A DNA stretch of 63,550 nt, the filler included, from Salisapilia sapeloensis CBS 127946 (lineage: Eukaryota; Protista; Oomycota), in the NCBI GenBank assembly GCA_023334545.1. It is 10 parts of 10 records of this genome, joined end to end, with 100 filler letters (N's around TTAATTAATTAA, not from the genome) between each part and the next. Parts side by side here need not be neighbours in the genome. Positions count along the whole stretch, not along the records: positions 48,619 to 50,330 come from JAADVB010001065.1; positions 50,431 to 53,196 come from JAADVB010000850.1; positions 53,297 to 54,314 come from JAADVB010001354.1; positions 54,415 to 63,550 come from JAADVB010000474.1; 6 more parts are not named here. One strand, given 5' to 3'. The stretch's first letter is position 1; each line of letters begins with the position of its first letter. Of this stretch, positions 48,619 to 60,497 are shown one piece after another. A program made the translations under genes and the position numbers. The notes below the pieces were generated by a model that was not told the DNA's origin, searched no databases, and saw only the letters and a program-made list of their open reading frames with translations.

Positions 48619-50330
48619 GTAGAAGAGTAGGTAGGCTTGTGACTTTCGTACCTGCTGCTCAGTGGCTTTCGCAATCTCTTCATCGTCCGTCAGGAACCAC
48701 TGGTACGTTGCCCCCACTCGCCTCTTTACAAACGACGTGTAGTGGCCTCCGTGTCTCCCACCTCGATGCTGGACGACACCGAACAAGTCGTACTCGTTGT
48801 CCTGGATCTCCATGTGCATGTCGAACTGAACATGGGTGGTAACCTTGTGCTGGGATTGAAGCCGGTTGACGTGGACCACCAGCACCGGAGGACAAGACGA
48901 CATGTACGTCCTGACGGTAGCGTCTCTCAGCTGGACACTTCCCGATCCGTCTGTGTCGGAGCACTTGTCGCACTGGTAGCCGTTGTCCTTGTCCTTCCTC
49001 AAGCTAAAAGGCTCTTCGAAGGTACTCATCCACTGCGCCAGTGTCTGGTTCTGCTGGCTGGAGGACGGAGCGGAGAGTGACAAGTGGAAACACGTCTCCT
49101 CCCTCCTGCTCTCGTGTCGGCAGTGGCTGCACTCGACACTCCTGTTTGCTTAAGCATGAGATAAAAAAGAAAGATGATGAGAAATAGATAGACGTACGTA
49201 GTCTGGATGCCTCCGAAGAGCTCTCGCACAAGGTTCCGACTGGATCTAGGTGAAGGCTCCTTGTCTCTACCCTGGTGCAATGCAAAGTCTGCCTCGTCCA
49301 GATGAAGCTTGGACGCCAGCATAGCCTGGATCTCCGGCAGAGTCGCATTCGGCGACACTTGGATGCACACGGTGCCTCCGTCAGGCGTCTTCACATACAC
49401 CTGTTTCTTTTCTCCACTGTCTTCCTCTTTACTATCTCCTTCTTTCCCGTCGCCATCTTCATCGTCTTCCTCTCTACTACTGACATCTGCCGGAGACTCT
49501 GGCTGGGAATCTTCCTCCAGTCGCCCAAGCTCCTCGTCCACCTCGCACAATAGCGCCATGAGGAACTCGTGGGCGTCCTGCTGACCATCGGACTGGAAAG
49601 CAGGGTGGTTCGGCTGGATGGCGCGCAGCAATGGCTGGGCAGACACCACACTCGACTTGGCCTTCAGCTTCTTCGAGGTCTTGCCCTTGACCTTCGAAGG
49701 CAAAGTAGCTCCTGAGTCTGTGGACTTGTGTTCGATGCCGTCCAGGACGTTCCTGTCGGCAAAAGCATGAGACACCACTATCGACTAGATTACCATACAC
49801 GAGAAACTTACATTAGAGCGGAAGTGACCGGAGTCTCCTGCGATCGCTCCAGCACTTGCTGTCGGAGATCGGTGTCTTCTGCCAAGAGAGGAAAAGAGTC
49901 GTGGAAGACAGCCAAGAGCGCCTGCACCACACTGTTCATGAAACACTCGCTGCTCTTGTTCCGCAGACCGACGATACCTCCACTCGATGGCGTCGTCGTC
50001 GTTGACACTGGATCGTCTACCTTCGAGTTTTCCTCCGACGACTCCACTTTGGGGACTACTGGAGGCAAACGATCCGAACGCTTGTCGGTCTTGGTTTCCT
50101 TGGAGATAGAGCTGCCGGTACTCGCGCCACCATCCACCGTGTCATGCCCATTCTTCTTCCGACGATCATGCTTTGCCCTCATTTGCTCATACGCATCCAC
50201 GCAGTCATCTCGAGCCTTGCACAGCTTTGTATCCGACGGACACTCGACGGCCGGATCGAACTCTCGCTTGCATACTTCGCACCTGTTTCCACCCATAGCT
50301 TTGTCGTTACATTCTCCATTGCCATACGCA
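48619..50330 (-). CDS. Ubiquitin-specific protease (peptidase C19) with an inserted ubiquitin-like segment; both ends at gaps
   Basis: Introns 49811-49753 and 49197-49142 restore the frame. Cys box GLRNKSSECFMNSVVQAL, QQDAHEFL, zinc ribbon CSHC...CDKC, His box HRGGRHGGHYTSFV, WFLTDD and YLLFY. Confidence 0.9.
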
Positions 50331-50430
50331 NNNNNNNNNNNNNNNNNNNNNNNNNNNNNNNNNNNNNNNNNNNNTTAATTAATTAANNNNNNNNNNNNNN
50401 NNNNNNNNNNNNNNNNNNNNNNNNNNNNNN
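50331..50430. other. Artificial contig linker
   Basis: N44-TTAATTAATTAA-N44. Confidence 0.97.
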
Positions 50431-50584
50431 CACCGTGTCGCATCGGTTCCAATACGTCTACGCGACTCGACAGACCGTCTAGACGTCGTAGCGTCCAACG
50501 TAGCGTGCCCTTGCATATTTATGCGAAAACATTCTCACGACCACTAAACACAAATACATCTCCGATAAAAGTGTTGTTTGTTAT

Positions 50585-52969
50585 CTATTGGAACAAGTAC
50601 GTTCCCTTGCCACTCTTCTTGCACATGCGACTCGCTCGATCATCTCCAACCACGCGACGTAACTTTTGCAAATCAAACCTCGTGAACAACGCCACAGACG
50701 TCAATCCACCCTCTTCCTCCTCTTCACTATCACTATCTTCTCCACCTCGTTGATGCACATCACCAAGCATATTCAAAAACTCGGTATAGAAACTTCCGAC
50801 TGTCGGAGGCGCATACCAGATCAATTGCTGGATACCTCGGAGATGATACTGATGGTAGAAATGGAAACGCTCGGTCAAGAGCAGGACGTGGCACTTCTTA
50901 TGGAAGAAAGCAGTTCGAGCTCGAGATACTTGCTTGTTTGTCGTGTACTCGCAGCATTGAAGACACTTGAGGATCTTGCGATTCATCTCTTCATTCGCCA
51001 AGTTCCGCACGCGGACAAAGTCCAAGTAACTCGGCACGACGATCGCGACGCGATGACGGGGTTTATCGAGTAACTTGCTAAAGACATGCTTGGAAAAGTA
51101 CTCGAACCGTGCATCCGCTTCGTTCTTGACGTTCACTGGCGTCCCATCTTCCGTTTGAATCCGTTGGAAGAGTTGCTTGGCCTTGGGAACGACGCCACTG
51201 ATAGCTGCACTCCCGTCCTCCACATTGTACGTTCGAACGTATCGGAGACCGCCACTCATGTTTTTCACGTATCGCGGATTTGACATGAGATGCTGCAAGG
51301 ACGGATCGACACCGTGTGCAAACATGATCGTCTGGCGGAAGTACGCACCTAAAAACGCGAGATTCCACTCTCGGATGCGAGAGAAATCCGCGTCTGGAGC
51401 TTCTGTTGGCCGCACATTAAGTGCCTGCAGCACATGCCTTAAGTGCTCAACGTTCTGCATAAGCTGTAGTGTGGCAGTATCGACGACGCAGACCTCAATG
51501 GAGGACAGAATATCAGTCGATAGCGTCCGACTAGTGTCTTCCTGATCATCTAGCTCTGGCAATTCATCTCCAATCTGCTGCCGAAGGCCGAGAGGAGAAG
51601 CGATAATCAAGTCTGCTTGATGGTACTCTGCGTAGAAGCGCATGCTTCGACGTGAGAACGAGACACCGAGTTGGAAACAATCGTCATTATTTCCTTCTGA
51701 AAAGACCTTTTGCCATTCCTTCTCTCCATTCGATTCCATCTCTTTACTTCCAAAGTCCTCCAAGAAACGATCGCGATGTGGAAATTGCGTGATAGAAGAT
51801 GGTAGGTACTCCATCAAGAGTTTCATATACGACAAAGCAGAGCTACGTAGAGGTAGTAAGACAAGCACAGTGGAACGACAAAAGCCTTGGTCTCGAAACT
51901 CTTTCTCCTCCTCTTGCTTACGTAGCTGTTCATTATGACGGAGGATCGTGCCTCGAGCTTTAAAAATGTGATTAAGCGTGTGCATGACACTCATACGACG
52001 AAGTGACTGTGTGTTGTCGTATGTCTGACCAGCGAAGAAGAGATCTTGGTAAGAAGACAAGTGCTGGAGTAGACCCATTTCCATCGAATCGCGAGGCCAC
52101 ATGCTACTTGGATCGATCTGTTTCTCTTTCCAAGCACTCAGGAGCTTCTGACGGATTCGAAGGAGTGGTAGAGGAGACGGAGATGACTGTCGACAGCCTG
52201 GACGGAAAGACACTTCGTATTTATTCGAAGCGTTGTGAAGCTTCTCGCCACTTTCACTCTCGGAAGGGATAGTAGTGTACTTTGCTTTTTCTGGAAGCTC
52301 TTTGGAATCGTCTTCCGTCATTGACGCGACGAGGAATCGACTGCGATATGGATCTTCAGCACTCTCTTCTTCGACTTCTTCGACCTCTTCCTCCACCTCG
52401 GCGTCTGACTGTTCCTCTACTTCTTCCTGTTCGTCATCTGAACCTTCCCCTTCTGCCTCGACTTCACTCTCAGAGTCAAGTACCTGGTTATAACTGCTCT
52501 CTTCCTTTGCCTCTTCTTTAGGGGCAGCAAATGTCTGCATAAAGGCATCAAAGGTCGACTGCTTGGACGTTTCAACGTCGCTGTCAGAGTCATCACTACT
52601 GCTTTCATCCTTCTTTACATTTTGCACGGGCTTTTCAGCCTTCTTCTTTGGCTTAGATGCCTTAAAGTGGACTGCATTCGCCTGCTTTTGCTTTAATTCG
52701 AGGTATTTGTCTCGTTGCTGGTCTTTCATCTGTTGAGACTGCGCTCGCTGCTGTCGTTTGCGATTTATACGTTCACGACGATCCTTTGCCCATTGGGATG
52801 ACATAGACTGCATTCGACCTTTGGGCTGATCATCATCAGAAAAGTCTTCTCCATCCATGTGCGAACGCTTGGACGATGGGACTTCATCATCCCATCGACT
52901 CGAGCGCTTCCGTTTCAAGGTTTTCGACTTCTTCTTTCCTCCCTTCTTACCAAACTTTCCGCCTGCCAT
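50585..52969 (-). CDS. UTP25: U3 small nucleolar RNA-associated protein 25 (DEF/DIEXF family), 794 aa
   Basis: Single long ORF with an acidic/basic N-terminus and family motifs KEFRDQGFCRSTVLVLLP, NNDDCFQLG, ADLIIASPLGLR, LSSIEV, DFSRIREW, SYLDFVRVRN and TERFHFYHQYHLRG. Confidence 0.93.
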   Translation of the reverse strand: MAGGKFGKKGGKKKSKTLKRKRSSRWDDEVPSSKRSHMDGEDFSDDDQPKGRMQSMSSQWAKDRRERINRKRQQRAQSQQMKDQQRDKYLELKQKQANAVHFKASKPKKKAEKPVQNVKKDESSSDDSDSDVETSKQSTFDAFMQTFAAPKEEAKEESSYNQVLDSESEVEAEGEGSDDEQEEVEEQSDAEVEEEVEEVEEESAEDPYRSRFLVASMTEDDSKELPEKAKYTTIPSESESGEKLHNASNKYEVSFRPGCRQSSPSPLPLLRIRQKLLSAWKEKQIDPSSMWPRDSMEMGLLQHLSSYQDLFFAGQTYDNTQSLRRMSVMHTLNHIFKARGTILRHNEQLRKQEEEKEFRDQGFCRSTVLVLLPLRSSALSYMKLLMEYLPSSITQFPHRDRFLEDFGSKEMESNGEKEWQKVFSEGNNDDCFQLGVSFSRRSMRFYAEYHQADLIIASPLGLRQQIGDELPELDDQEDTSRTLSTDILSSIEVCVVDTATLQLMQNVEHLRHVLQALNVRPTEAPDADFSRIREWNLAFLGAYFRQTIMFAHGVDPSLQHLMSNPRYVKNMSGGLRYVRTYNVEDGSAAISGVVPKAKQLFQRIQTEDGTPVNVKNEADARFEYFSKHVFSKLLDKPRHRVAIVVPSYLDFVRVRNLANEEMNRKILKCLQCCEYTTNKQVSRARTAFFHKKCHVLLLTERFHFYHQYHLRGIQQLIWYAPPTVGSFYTEFLNMLGDVHQRGGEDSDSEEEEEGGLTSVALFTRFDLQKLRRVVGDDRASRMCKKSGKGTYLFQ

Positions 52970-53196
52970 GGTAACTATTTAATTGATGCTCAAAGCAATG
53001 ACAAAGCTGTAGAAATCGATGCAAGCACGGCCGAATACGACGACTTGTGCTTTGATTGTTGGTTGTCACGACTTGTTGTCGATAGATTACGAAATTTAAA
53101 TCGTACTTTTACGCAAACACCATATTTGTATTGAATGAGACATAAATGACGCTGGTCAAGCATAAAACGCGAAGTTACTCGATCCAAATGCTGCGG

Positions 53197-53296
53197 NNNN
53201 NNNNNNNNNNNNNNNNNNNNNNNNNNNNNNNNNNNNNNNNTTAATTAATTAANNNNNNNNNNNNNNNNNNNNNNNNNNNNNNNNNNNNNNNNNNNN
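53197..53296. other. Artificial contig linker
   Basis: N44-TTAATTAATTAA-N44. Confidence 0.97.
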
Positions 53297-53363
53297 TTGG
53301 AAGCTTACGGAAGTACCGCACAAACGTGGAAGATGCGGACAACTAGATTCTTCACCAAAGTAT

Positions 53364-54098
53364 AAACTTCAACATAACTTCAACATGAAGCCCCTCCTGA
53401 CCAATCTGTTGGGTTCTACCCCCACTAAATCGATCATCGCACATCGAATGAGCTAATTTATGCGGAAAAAAAGCGGTGGAATCGCTCAATATCGATCTGT
53501 TTTAGCATTTCGGAAGCACCCAGTTTGTTCCACCAAAACGCGCCGAATTACGCCAGAACAGCTATTTTTGCGAATACATACATTTACCTCACGTCGAATT
53601 AGATATAATCCCAGAATAATATCGTCTGGTTCGCCTTTCAATATGTCTAGAAGCGAGACTTCCAATCTGACTATTCCAAACCCTCTTCCGAACAAACTTC
53701 AACATAACTTCAACATGAAGCCCCTCCTGACCAATCTGTTGGGTTCTATCCCCACTAAATCGATCATTGCGCATCGAATGAACTACTTTATGCGGGAAAA
53801 AAGCGGTGGACTCGTTCAATATCGATCAGCTTCAGCATTTCGCAACCATCCACTTTGTGCCGGCAAAAACAACCCTAGACAATTTATAGGGATTGAAAAC
53901 AGTGTCGATCGCCTCATACATGTATTAAAAACCGCACAAAGCATTTCGGACACTTCCATACCACGGACTATCTCTCTAGAGACCATACCAAACAAGTGAC
54001 TTTGTAGGGTTTGAAACGACCCTAACTTCAACATAACTTCAAGATATCTAAAACGAGTGGGTCCTATCCCCACTAAACCGACCACGGCGCATCGAATG
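53364..54098 (+). repeat. ~330-bp periodic repeat, three copies (third partial and diverged)
   Basis: AACTTCAACATAACTTCAA anchors at 53365, 53695 and 54024. The first ~170 bp of copies 1 and 2 are highly similar; the remainder is dissimilar. Confidence 0.85.
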
Positions 54099-54314
54099 AT
54101 ACCCTTCTTGCTCTCATCGCATCTCTAGAAGCATGCCTGCGATCGACTTTTCAGAAAAATGCTCATTTTTGGCTCTTTGCCGACCTGTACCTCCGTCAGA
54201 TCAACTTCTCGGAGTCTGGATTTTTGTCATCACGGATGAATTGTCGTCTTCTTTCCGACAAATGTGAAAGCAAAGTCAAAAACGGCCTAGTTTTCTCACC
54301 AGACCGATACTAAA

Positions 54315-54414
54315 NNNNNNNNNNNNNNNNNNNNNNNNNNNNNNNNNNNNNNNNNNNNTTAATTAATTAANNNNNNNNNNNNNNNNNNNNNNNNNNNNNN
54401 NNNNNNNNNNNNNN
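54315..54414. other. Artificial contig linker
   Basis: N44-TTAATTAATTAA-N44. Confidence 0.97.
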
Positions 54415-55090
54415 CCAGCACTCCATCCTTCATCGACACTTTGGCCTTCCATACATGGATCCAAGTGATGAGCAATAACACTTCAGTTTTAAATGGGGCC
54501 GTACCCATGGAGCCCGGCGATTACCTGGCTTCGGCTTGGAGATCGTTTCAAAGGTCCAAGTCTACTTAATAGACAATGCGGAGGTATGTATTATTTTTTG
54601 TTTATTTTATTTGCACAGACTAAACGCAGTGGACGGTGTAGCTAAGCACTTTTTCAGTGACCAAACTTGACTATCGATAAGGCGTTTACCTGAAGATCAT
54701 GTATGTCTTGGTCATTTTAAAACTTAACTCGATCCTCTGCGCTGATGCATTCGAGCAAACTAGAGAATGATGTAACTCGCATAGCTAGACATAATGAAAG
54801 AGCAAGCTCGATATACGGCTACACTCGAAGGCAGTGTGAAGCGTCCACAGCTTCAAAGTGAGTAGCCAACTCGAAAGCTATGAACGTCCTCTCTTTTCTA
54901 TGCAAAGCCCACTCATAGCAGCAAAGTCTTCCTACAAGTTGCAAGTAAGTCCAATCGGAACGCACGAAGCCCATTACCAGAGAAGTTGTCATAATCATAA
55001 CTTTCACTTGTTGCCAGTCAAGATCTGCACGAAATCTCAATATCAAATCTGATAATCACACTCGAAACGCGAGCGACCAATCAGCCAAAA

Positions 55091-56129
55091 ATGAGCATGC
55101 AGCAGCCCGCCGTCGAGCTCACGAATCTGAGCTTTAGCTTTCCTCCTCCTTCCGCTTTTCAAGCCGCTGAGCCGGAGACTGATGACAAGCGAGTGCTTAA
55201 GGACATTAGCCTCCAGATCCCGTCCGGTCAGCGCATTCTTGTCGTCGGAGGAAATGGAGCTGGCAAAAGCACATTGCTACGAGTGCTCGCTGGTCGACAC
55301 TTGATTCCCACACCGGACGATCGACCGTTTGACATGAAAGAACCTGCACTTGTGTTTGGCAGAGACGCTTTTCGCGACACGACCTTGAACTCCATTCGAG
55401 CTTTTGTCGCGTCCGATTGGGGTATTCACGCAGCAGCCTTCGCCACGCACGCTGCAGCATACTCTGCCGACATTCCTGTGAAAGAGATGATGACAAAGCT
55501 ACAGGTACATTGAGTTTATATTGTCAACACATTTAGACTGCTTGTTGGTATCGATCGCATCCAGTATTGACATTATCTACTTGTAGGCCGAGTACCCCGA
55601 ACGTCGTGACCACCTCCTCCACCTCCTTCGTATTGACCCCGACTGGCGTCTGCACCATCTATCTGACGGCCAGCGACGTCGTGTCCAGCTCTTCCTCGCC
55701 CTCCTGCGCCCGTCCGATCTGATCTTGCTGGATGAAGTCCTCGGTCCGCTCGACCTCGTCTCTCGTTCCGACTTGCTCACGTTCTTGCTTCAAGAAAGCG
55801 AACGTGGTGCCACGGTTCTACTCGCCACCCACATCTTTGACAATGTCCAGGCCTGGGCAACGGATGTTCTGTACGTGAAACAAGGAACACTGGGTTTTTA
55901 TGGAGGTCTAGACAAGTTCTTGACGGATTTCGCTGCTACCAAGACCACCGGTCCGCAGGTACATGCAGTCGTAGAAGGTTTGCTCCGTCAGGAATTGCGT
56001 GAGCAAGGTGGACTGGAGAAAGAAGAGAAGAAAGACTCGTCTGAATTGGCAAATGCTCAGAACAGAGCTGGTGGATATGCTGCTGGGCGTCTAGGTGACG
56101 TCCTGGATATGGACGATCTACACAAGTAG
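55091..56129 (+). CDS. CAF16: Soluble single-domain ABC ATPase, CAF16-like, ~318 aa, 2 exons
   Basis: Exons 55091-55504 and 55587-56129 in frame. Walker A GGNGAGKST, signature LSDGQRRRVQ, Walker B LILLDEV, H-loop ATHI; no transmembrane domain. Confidence 0.85.
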
Positions 56130-56355
56130 AACAAAAGGATAGCTAGATATACCATTCTCCACTGTCGTTAACGACTTCTAGTCGATCCATTCGACTACAA
56201 GTACGTGGTCATCGTATCTGAAAGTGCAGATTGCTACATCTCTTGCTATAAAACTTTAACAAGACGTTTCAAGATGGAAATGACAAGCCATCGAGAACTT
56301 AGACTTCACTAGTAAGCAAAAAACATGTTTCACTCTTTTACGCTCGATTGTCCGG

Positions 56356-57312
56356 TTAATAGTCGCCGCCGCCACCTCCATCATCGTCCAAAGCGTCTTC
56401 AATAAGCATGCCACCGAGTAATCCGGCACCGACACCAGCAGCCACAGCGCCCATACCCATTCCGCCGCCACCTGATTGCTGGTATTGCGGGCGGCCGCCA
56501 TAGTACTGTCCTGGCGGAGGTCCTTGGACGTACCCAGGTCCTGGGTATTGCCCATACGGAGCGCCGGGTGGCGGACCGTAGCCTTGTCCAGGGTATTGTC
56601 CGTACGGAGCACCTGGTGGCGGTCCGTGGCCGTATCCAGGAGGACCATGCCCTGGTGGCGGAGCGCCGTATCCAGGAGGAGGACCGTATCCCGGAGCTGG
56701 TGCGCCGTATCCAGGTGGATGGTGCCCAGGAGGACCGTAGCCTTGCTGAGAGTAGTCCTGCGGTGCGTGTCCCTGAGGTGGGTAGCCCTGCGGCGCATGA
56801 CCCTGACCCGGATACCCATGCTGGTTGACGCTGACAGCTTCCGGGTATCCGTGCTGGTCTTTGTCTTTGTGTTTCTCGCCAGAGTGGCCGCCTTCGTACT
56901 GGATACGCAAGTTGATTTCCCCAGCATGCGTCTTCTCCTCACTTTGCAATGGATACCATTCGTCCACTACTTGTCCGCTTTGGAAATGCGACAGCGGGAT
57001 CTTGCACTTGCCGATTAACTTGCTGCTCGTCCAGTTCTTGTTCTTGACTTTCACAGACAACTCCTGACCTTCCATGTGCTTTAACTTAAAGTCATGGACA
57101 GAGCCCCATGTTGGTTGCGTTCCGCCATTGTCATGCACCTACAATCGTCATTATATGAGAAAACGCGTCGGAATCGAGTGATGATGATGCATTGATACCT
57201 CTGTCTTGTGCTTTTTGCCACCAGCTTCAAGGACACAGAAGGGGTCTTGCGTGCCGAAAGCTTGTACGTCGAGGAGGTTTCGACATCCGACGGCTCGCAC
57301 GTGCAAGGCCAT
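56356..57312 (-). CDS. C2 domain protein with Gly/Pro/Tyr-rich tail (SRC2-like), 2 exons
   Basis: Exon 57312-57199 (MALHVRAVGCRNLLDVQAFGTQDPFCVL), intron 57198-57139, then VHDNGGTQPTWG...LIGKCKIPL...DEWYPL...AGEINLRIQY. Tail has GPPPGAPYGQYPG repeats and a GAGLLGG glycine zipper. Confidence 0.9.
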
Positions 57313-57356
57313 TTTCTTAATGAAAGATGAGATGAACAGATCCTTCTTCGCCCTCG

Positions 57357-57370
57357 CAACTGCTGAATGA
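57357..57370 (-). promoter_or_regulatory. Oomycete Inr+FPR-like core promoter
   Basis: TCATTCAGCAGTTG on the minus strand, ~45 nt upstream of the ATG at 57312. Confidence 0.45.
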
Positions 57371-59941
57371 CTTGAATGTCCAACGCGCTGCAAAATTATG
57401 CACACTCGATGTCTCAGAAAGGACGCTTCTCAAGTCGACGACAATGGACGTAACTATCCACACGTCAAAAATTAATGTAGATGTAGCCATCTTCATTGAA
57501 ATTCTTGGATCATCTGCCTATCTTTAGAGAAATATTGGACGGAAATGTGAATATGGAAGCGTAGTGGCTACGTGGAAGGTCGGGACAGAAATCTTACGTG
57601 CCGACTTGCCATGCTGCTTCGTTTCATTGCAATTAGATACATTGTCGAAGAACAGAGGTGATACCTCGATAGCTCGGATGTAGTATTGCCGTGATTCAGT
57701 GTTTATAATTGTCTCCAGGTCGGACATGGATCTTGAAAATCCAGCGGAGAAAATGTATCTCTATGGGGAGAACGCATCTGCCCAACTTGTACATTTATGT
57801 CACGATTGTTTCTTGGAACGCAATGAAGTCGACATCCAGGACTAATGCGAGATCTGATTCGATTTAAGTCATGCGCAACCAAGCATATATCAAGGTATGA
57901 AGTGCAGAGGTACCATAGGCTTGCTTGCTGCAATTGGCTAGCTTTGCTTTCAAAGCGAGATAGAGATCTGCTCAGGCTGATTGTTGAAGTCCTTAAGATA
58001 ATGCGAAGAATCAATTCTTACGTTCGCTTACTCGGAGGATCAATTGATACAGAGATGAGTCGAAATCATCGCGATAAGGGAGAGCACCTCTTACAGGTCT
58101 ATCTGTATCTATGTGCAGCCCACAAGGATGAGTAATAAACTTAGTCAATGAAAAAAAGAAGATGGAGCTGCAAGTTATATTAAACAGGCTTACAAGAAAG
58201 AAGCAGGAAAAAAATCTTGGTACGCATCTCCTCAACTAGATGAGAAGAAAGCAGAACTAGCGGAATATAGCGTGTGCGTGTATGGGTTTAGCACAATCCT
58301 TTTAATTACCACAACGATCTTTTGGTTTTGAAAAGGTTGCTCAACTGTCAGCTGAAGCAAAGCTCAAATGGCACATGAAATCTTTCGTGTACTAGCTGCG
58401 CAAGCAACAATAAGCAAAGCAAAAGCAGCTAGATTATAATGATAAACAACCAGCGGTAAGATTTCATTAGAAGAAGTGAAGACAGACTAGCGATCATGAT
58501 ACCTGAGTGAAGTGTGCAGATACGTCGTTCAGCTAAGGTATGAGAATACGTTTGTGTTTATGCACAACTCATCGATGCGAATTAATATGTAGTAGTATAC
58601 ACACAAAGTGGTGCCTTCGTTGTGTCCTCCTCATACCTAAATGATGAAGTTGACTACTTGCCCGTCAAAACGATGTAGCATCGTTCCTGCTTGCAAAGCA
58701 TACCTAGAGTTTTCTCTCACAAGATCGAAGATAGGACTGTAGCAAATTCGACATGAAGCGACAAGTCACCTGCACCTTACGCATGCGTGAGTTAAAAAAG
58801 TTAGTCTTTATGTCGACTCTTCTATCCCTCCGTCGAGTATACTCGTTAGCATGTCATCTAAACGATGAGTTACAATAACGGAATACGACAATGCCAGAAA
58901 TCTATATTGACTCTTTCGCTTTAAAAAGCCAAATCTGCCGCATAGCATTAAAGCTTTAAACACGATCAATGTCTTGACTTTCATTCTACACATGGGAAGC
59001 CAAGCTGGCCAGTGTGAACAGATATCGAAACTTTTAGGAAGTTTATGATAACTTCCATTTGAACAGGGTACTGGTTCGGATGCTGGTGTCTTCCACGCGA
59101 AGCACAAATATGAGCGTCAAATTTTTCATAGCATACACTTGAAATGATGCGCTAAATTTAAAGCACATCTTTGGAAAGCAAGTTTACTTCTCGCACAAAT
59201 GTCTGGTCTGCGGCGACTGATACACTCCAAGTTTCCATAAAGGGCAAAAGGTCGAACGATCGCAATGGTGCAGGCATCAAGTAAATTTTTGTACTCATCT
59301 CTTCAACCGTCGTGACTAAAGTTCATCCGCAGATCTCTTGGACTTGCATCCATATGCTCTCTCAGAAGTTTGAAGCTACATTGGGCGAACGGAAGCAACC
59401 ACCACAATCTTAGTCGAAAAGTGAATTAACGATGCGTGAAACGTACAGTATATAATCAGATCAGCATCCGAATATGACCAACGACTACAACACCGTGGGA
59501 AAGTTTTAGAGCATATGCAGCCCCCTTTCGTATCTGAGCTAAACCAAGTCTTTCCTTTGGCTAAGACGTCCAATACCCGAACAATTAACTAGATGCTCAT
59601 AGCACATCGTTGTCATACTCACTTGTCCTACCTTCTCTTACAATGGATTAACAGATGCTCCATAAGCAGATTTGCCTGGTTGTTGTTCGTGATCTCTAAC
59701 GACTTGCCATCTTTTCGGAAAGTAGAAGTTCTTCGAGAACTGGTGTTCTATCGCCACCGCACGAACAGCTTTGCAAGAATTGCTAGCATCATCTGATGCG
59801 AAAGATGAGGTACTCTGCTCGTATCAGCCTACATCGTAAAGTTCACTTTTCATATTCGATTTCGTCTAGTAATTTTTAATGTCCAAAACGTTTTTGTATT
59901 GAAAAGCTTAACCTTCCAGATTTGGCGCTGCTCTCAATAAC

Positions 59942-60244
59942 GGGGGTCAAAGATACAATTTTTGCGATTGATATTACGCAGCTTATCGCTATAACTCTAA
60001 GCAGCTTTAGGGGCCAACTGTAAATCCGTTTAAAGCTACAAATAAGCAGATCCATTTGCTTACTTTCGTGCATTAACTTGAAGTAATGAGCACGTTGCCG
60101 TTTGAAGGGTCGCTTCTCTGCTTTAAATTATTTTAAGCCACCTCCAGAGGTGGCTTGAATTTATGTTAAGCATAAGCAAGAACCATGCATAGAAGCATAA
60201 GCAAAGCCCCAATTTAAGCAGAATTTTTAGAAACTTTGACCCCC
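59942..60244. mobile_element. Candidate degenerate MITE (~300 bp)
   Basis: Perfect 11-bp terminal inverted repeat GGGGGTCAAAG (59942) / CTTTGACCCCC (60234-60244), an internal 10-bp-stem palindrome AAGCCACCTC-CA-GAGGTGGCTT (60135-60156) and repeated TAAGC motifs. No target-site duplication seen. Confidence 0.4.
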
Positions 60245-60497
60245 TCTAATAGACAGTATTTCATCGCACCACACACCTTTCATTCATTTACATATTCTAT
60301 TTTATTGGATATGAGTCTGGAAGCGGTATCCTTCTGTCTACTGCTAGTGCCAGACTGCATCGTAGAGAACACCTACAAGTATCCATACATGCTCAAGCAA
60401 CTTTGTACCCAAAACATGAGTCATCGCCTTCGGAAACTGACCAGCATTCCAAATTACTTGCGTAAAGTATGCTCAAAAGACAAAACACTCGTTCAGG

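Noticed and set aside
42365-50386. Track ORFs containing X-runs or ending in LIN (e.g. 42365-42601, 43801-44151, 48353-48574, 50144-50386)
   Set aside because: They start or stop in the synthetic linker.
53460-53999. 179-aa ORF with a 110-aa periodicity
   Set aside because: It simply reflects the 330-bp DNA repeat. The upstream copy has a stop in the same frame and there are no protein motifs.
57400-59900. Short ORFs between the C2 and M96-like genes
   Set aside because: No recognisable motifs or consistent frame; treated as intergenic or unidentifiable decayed sequence.
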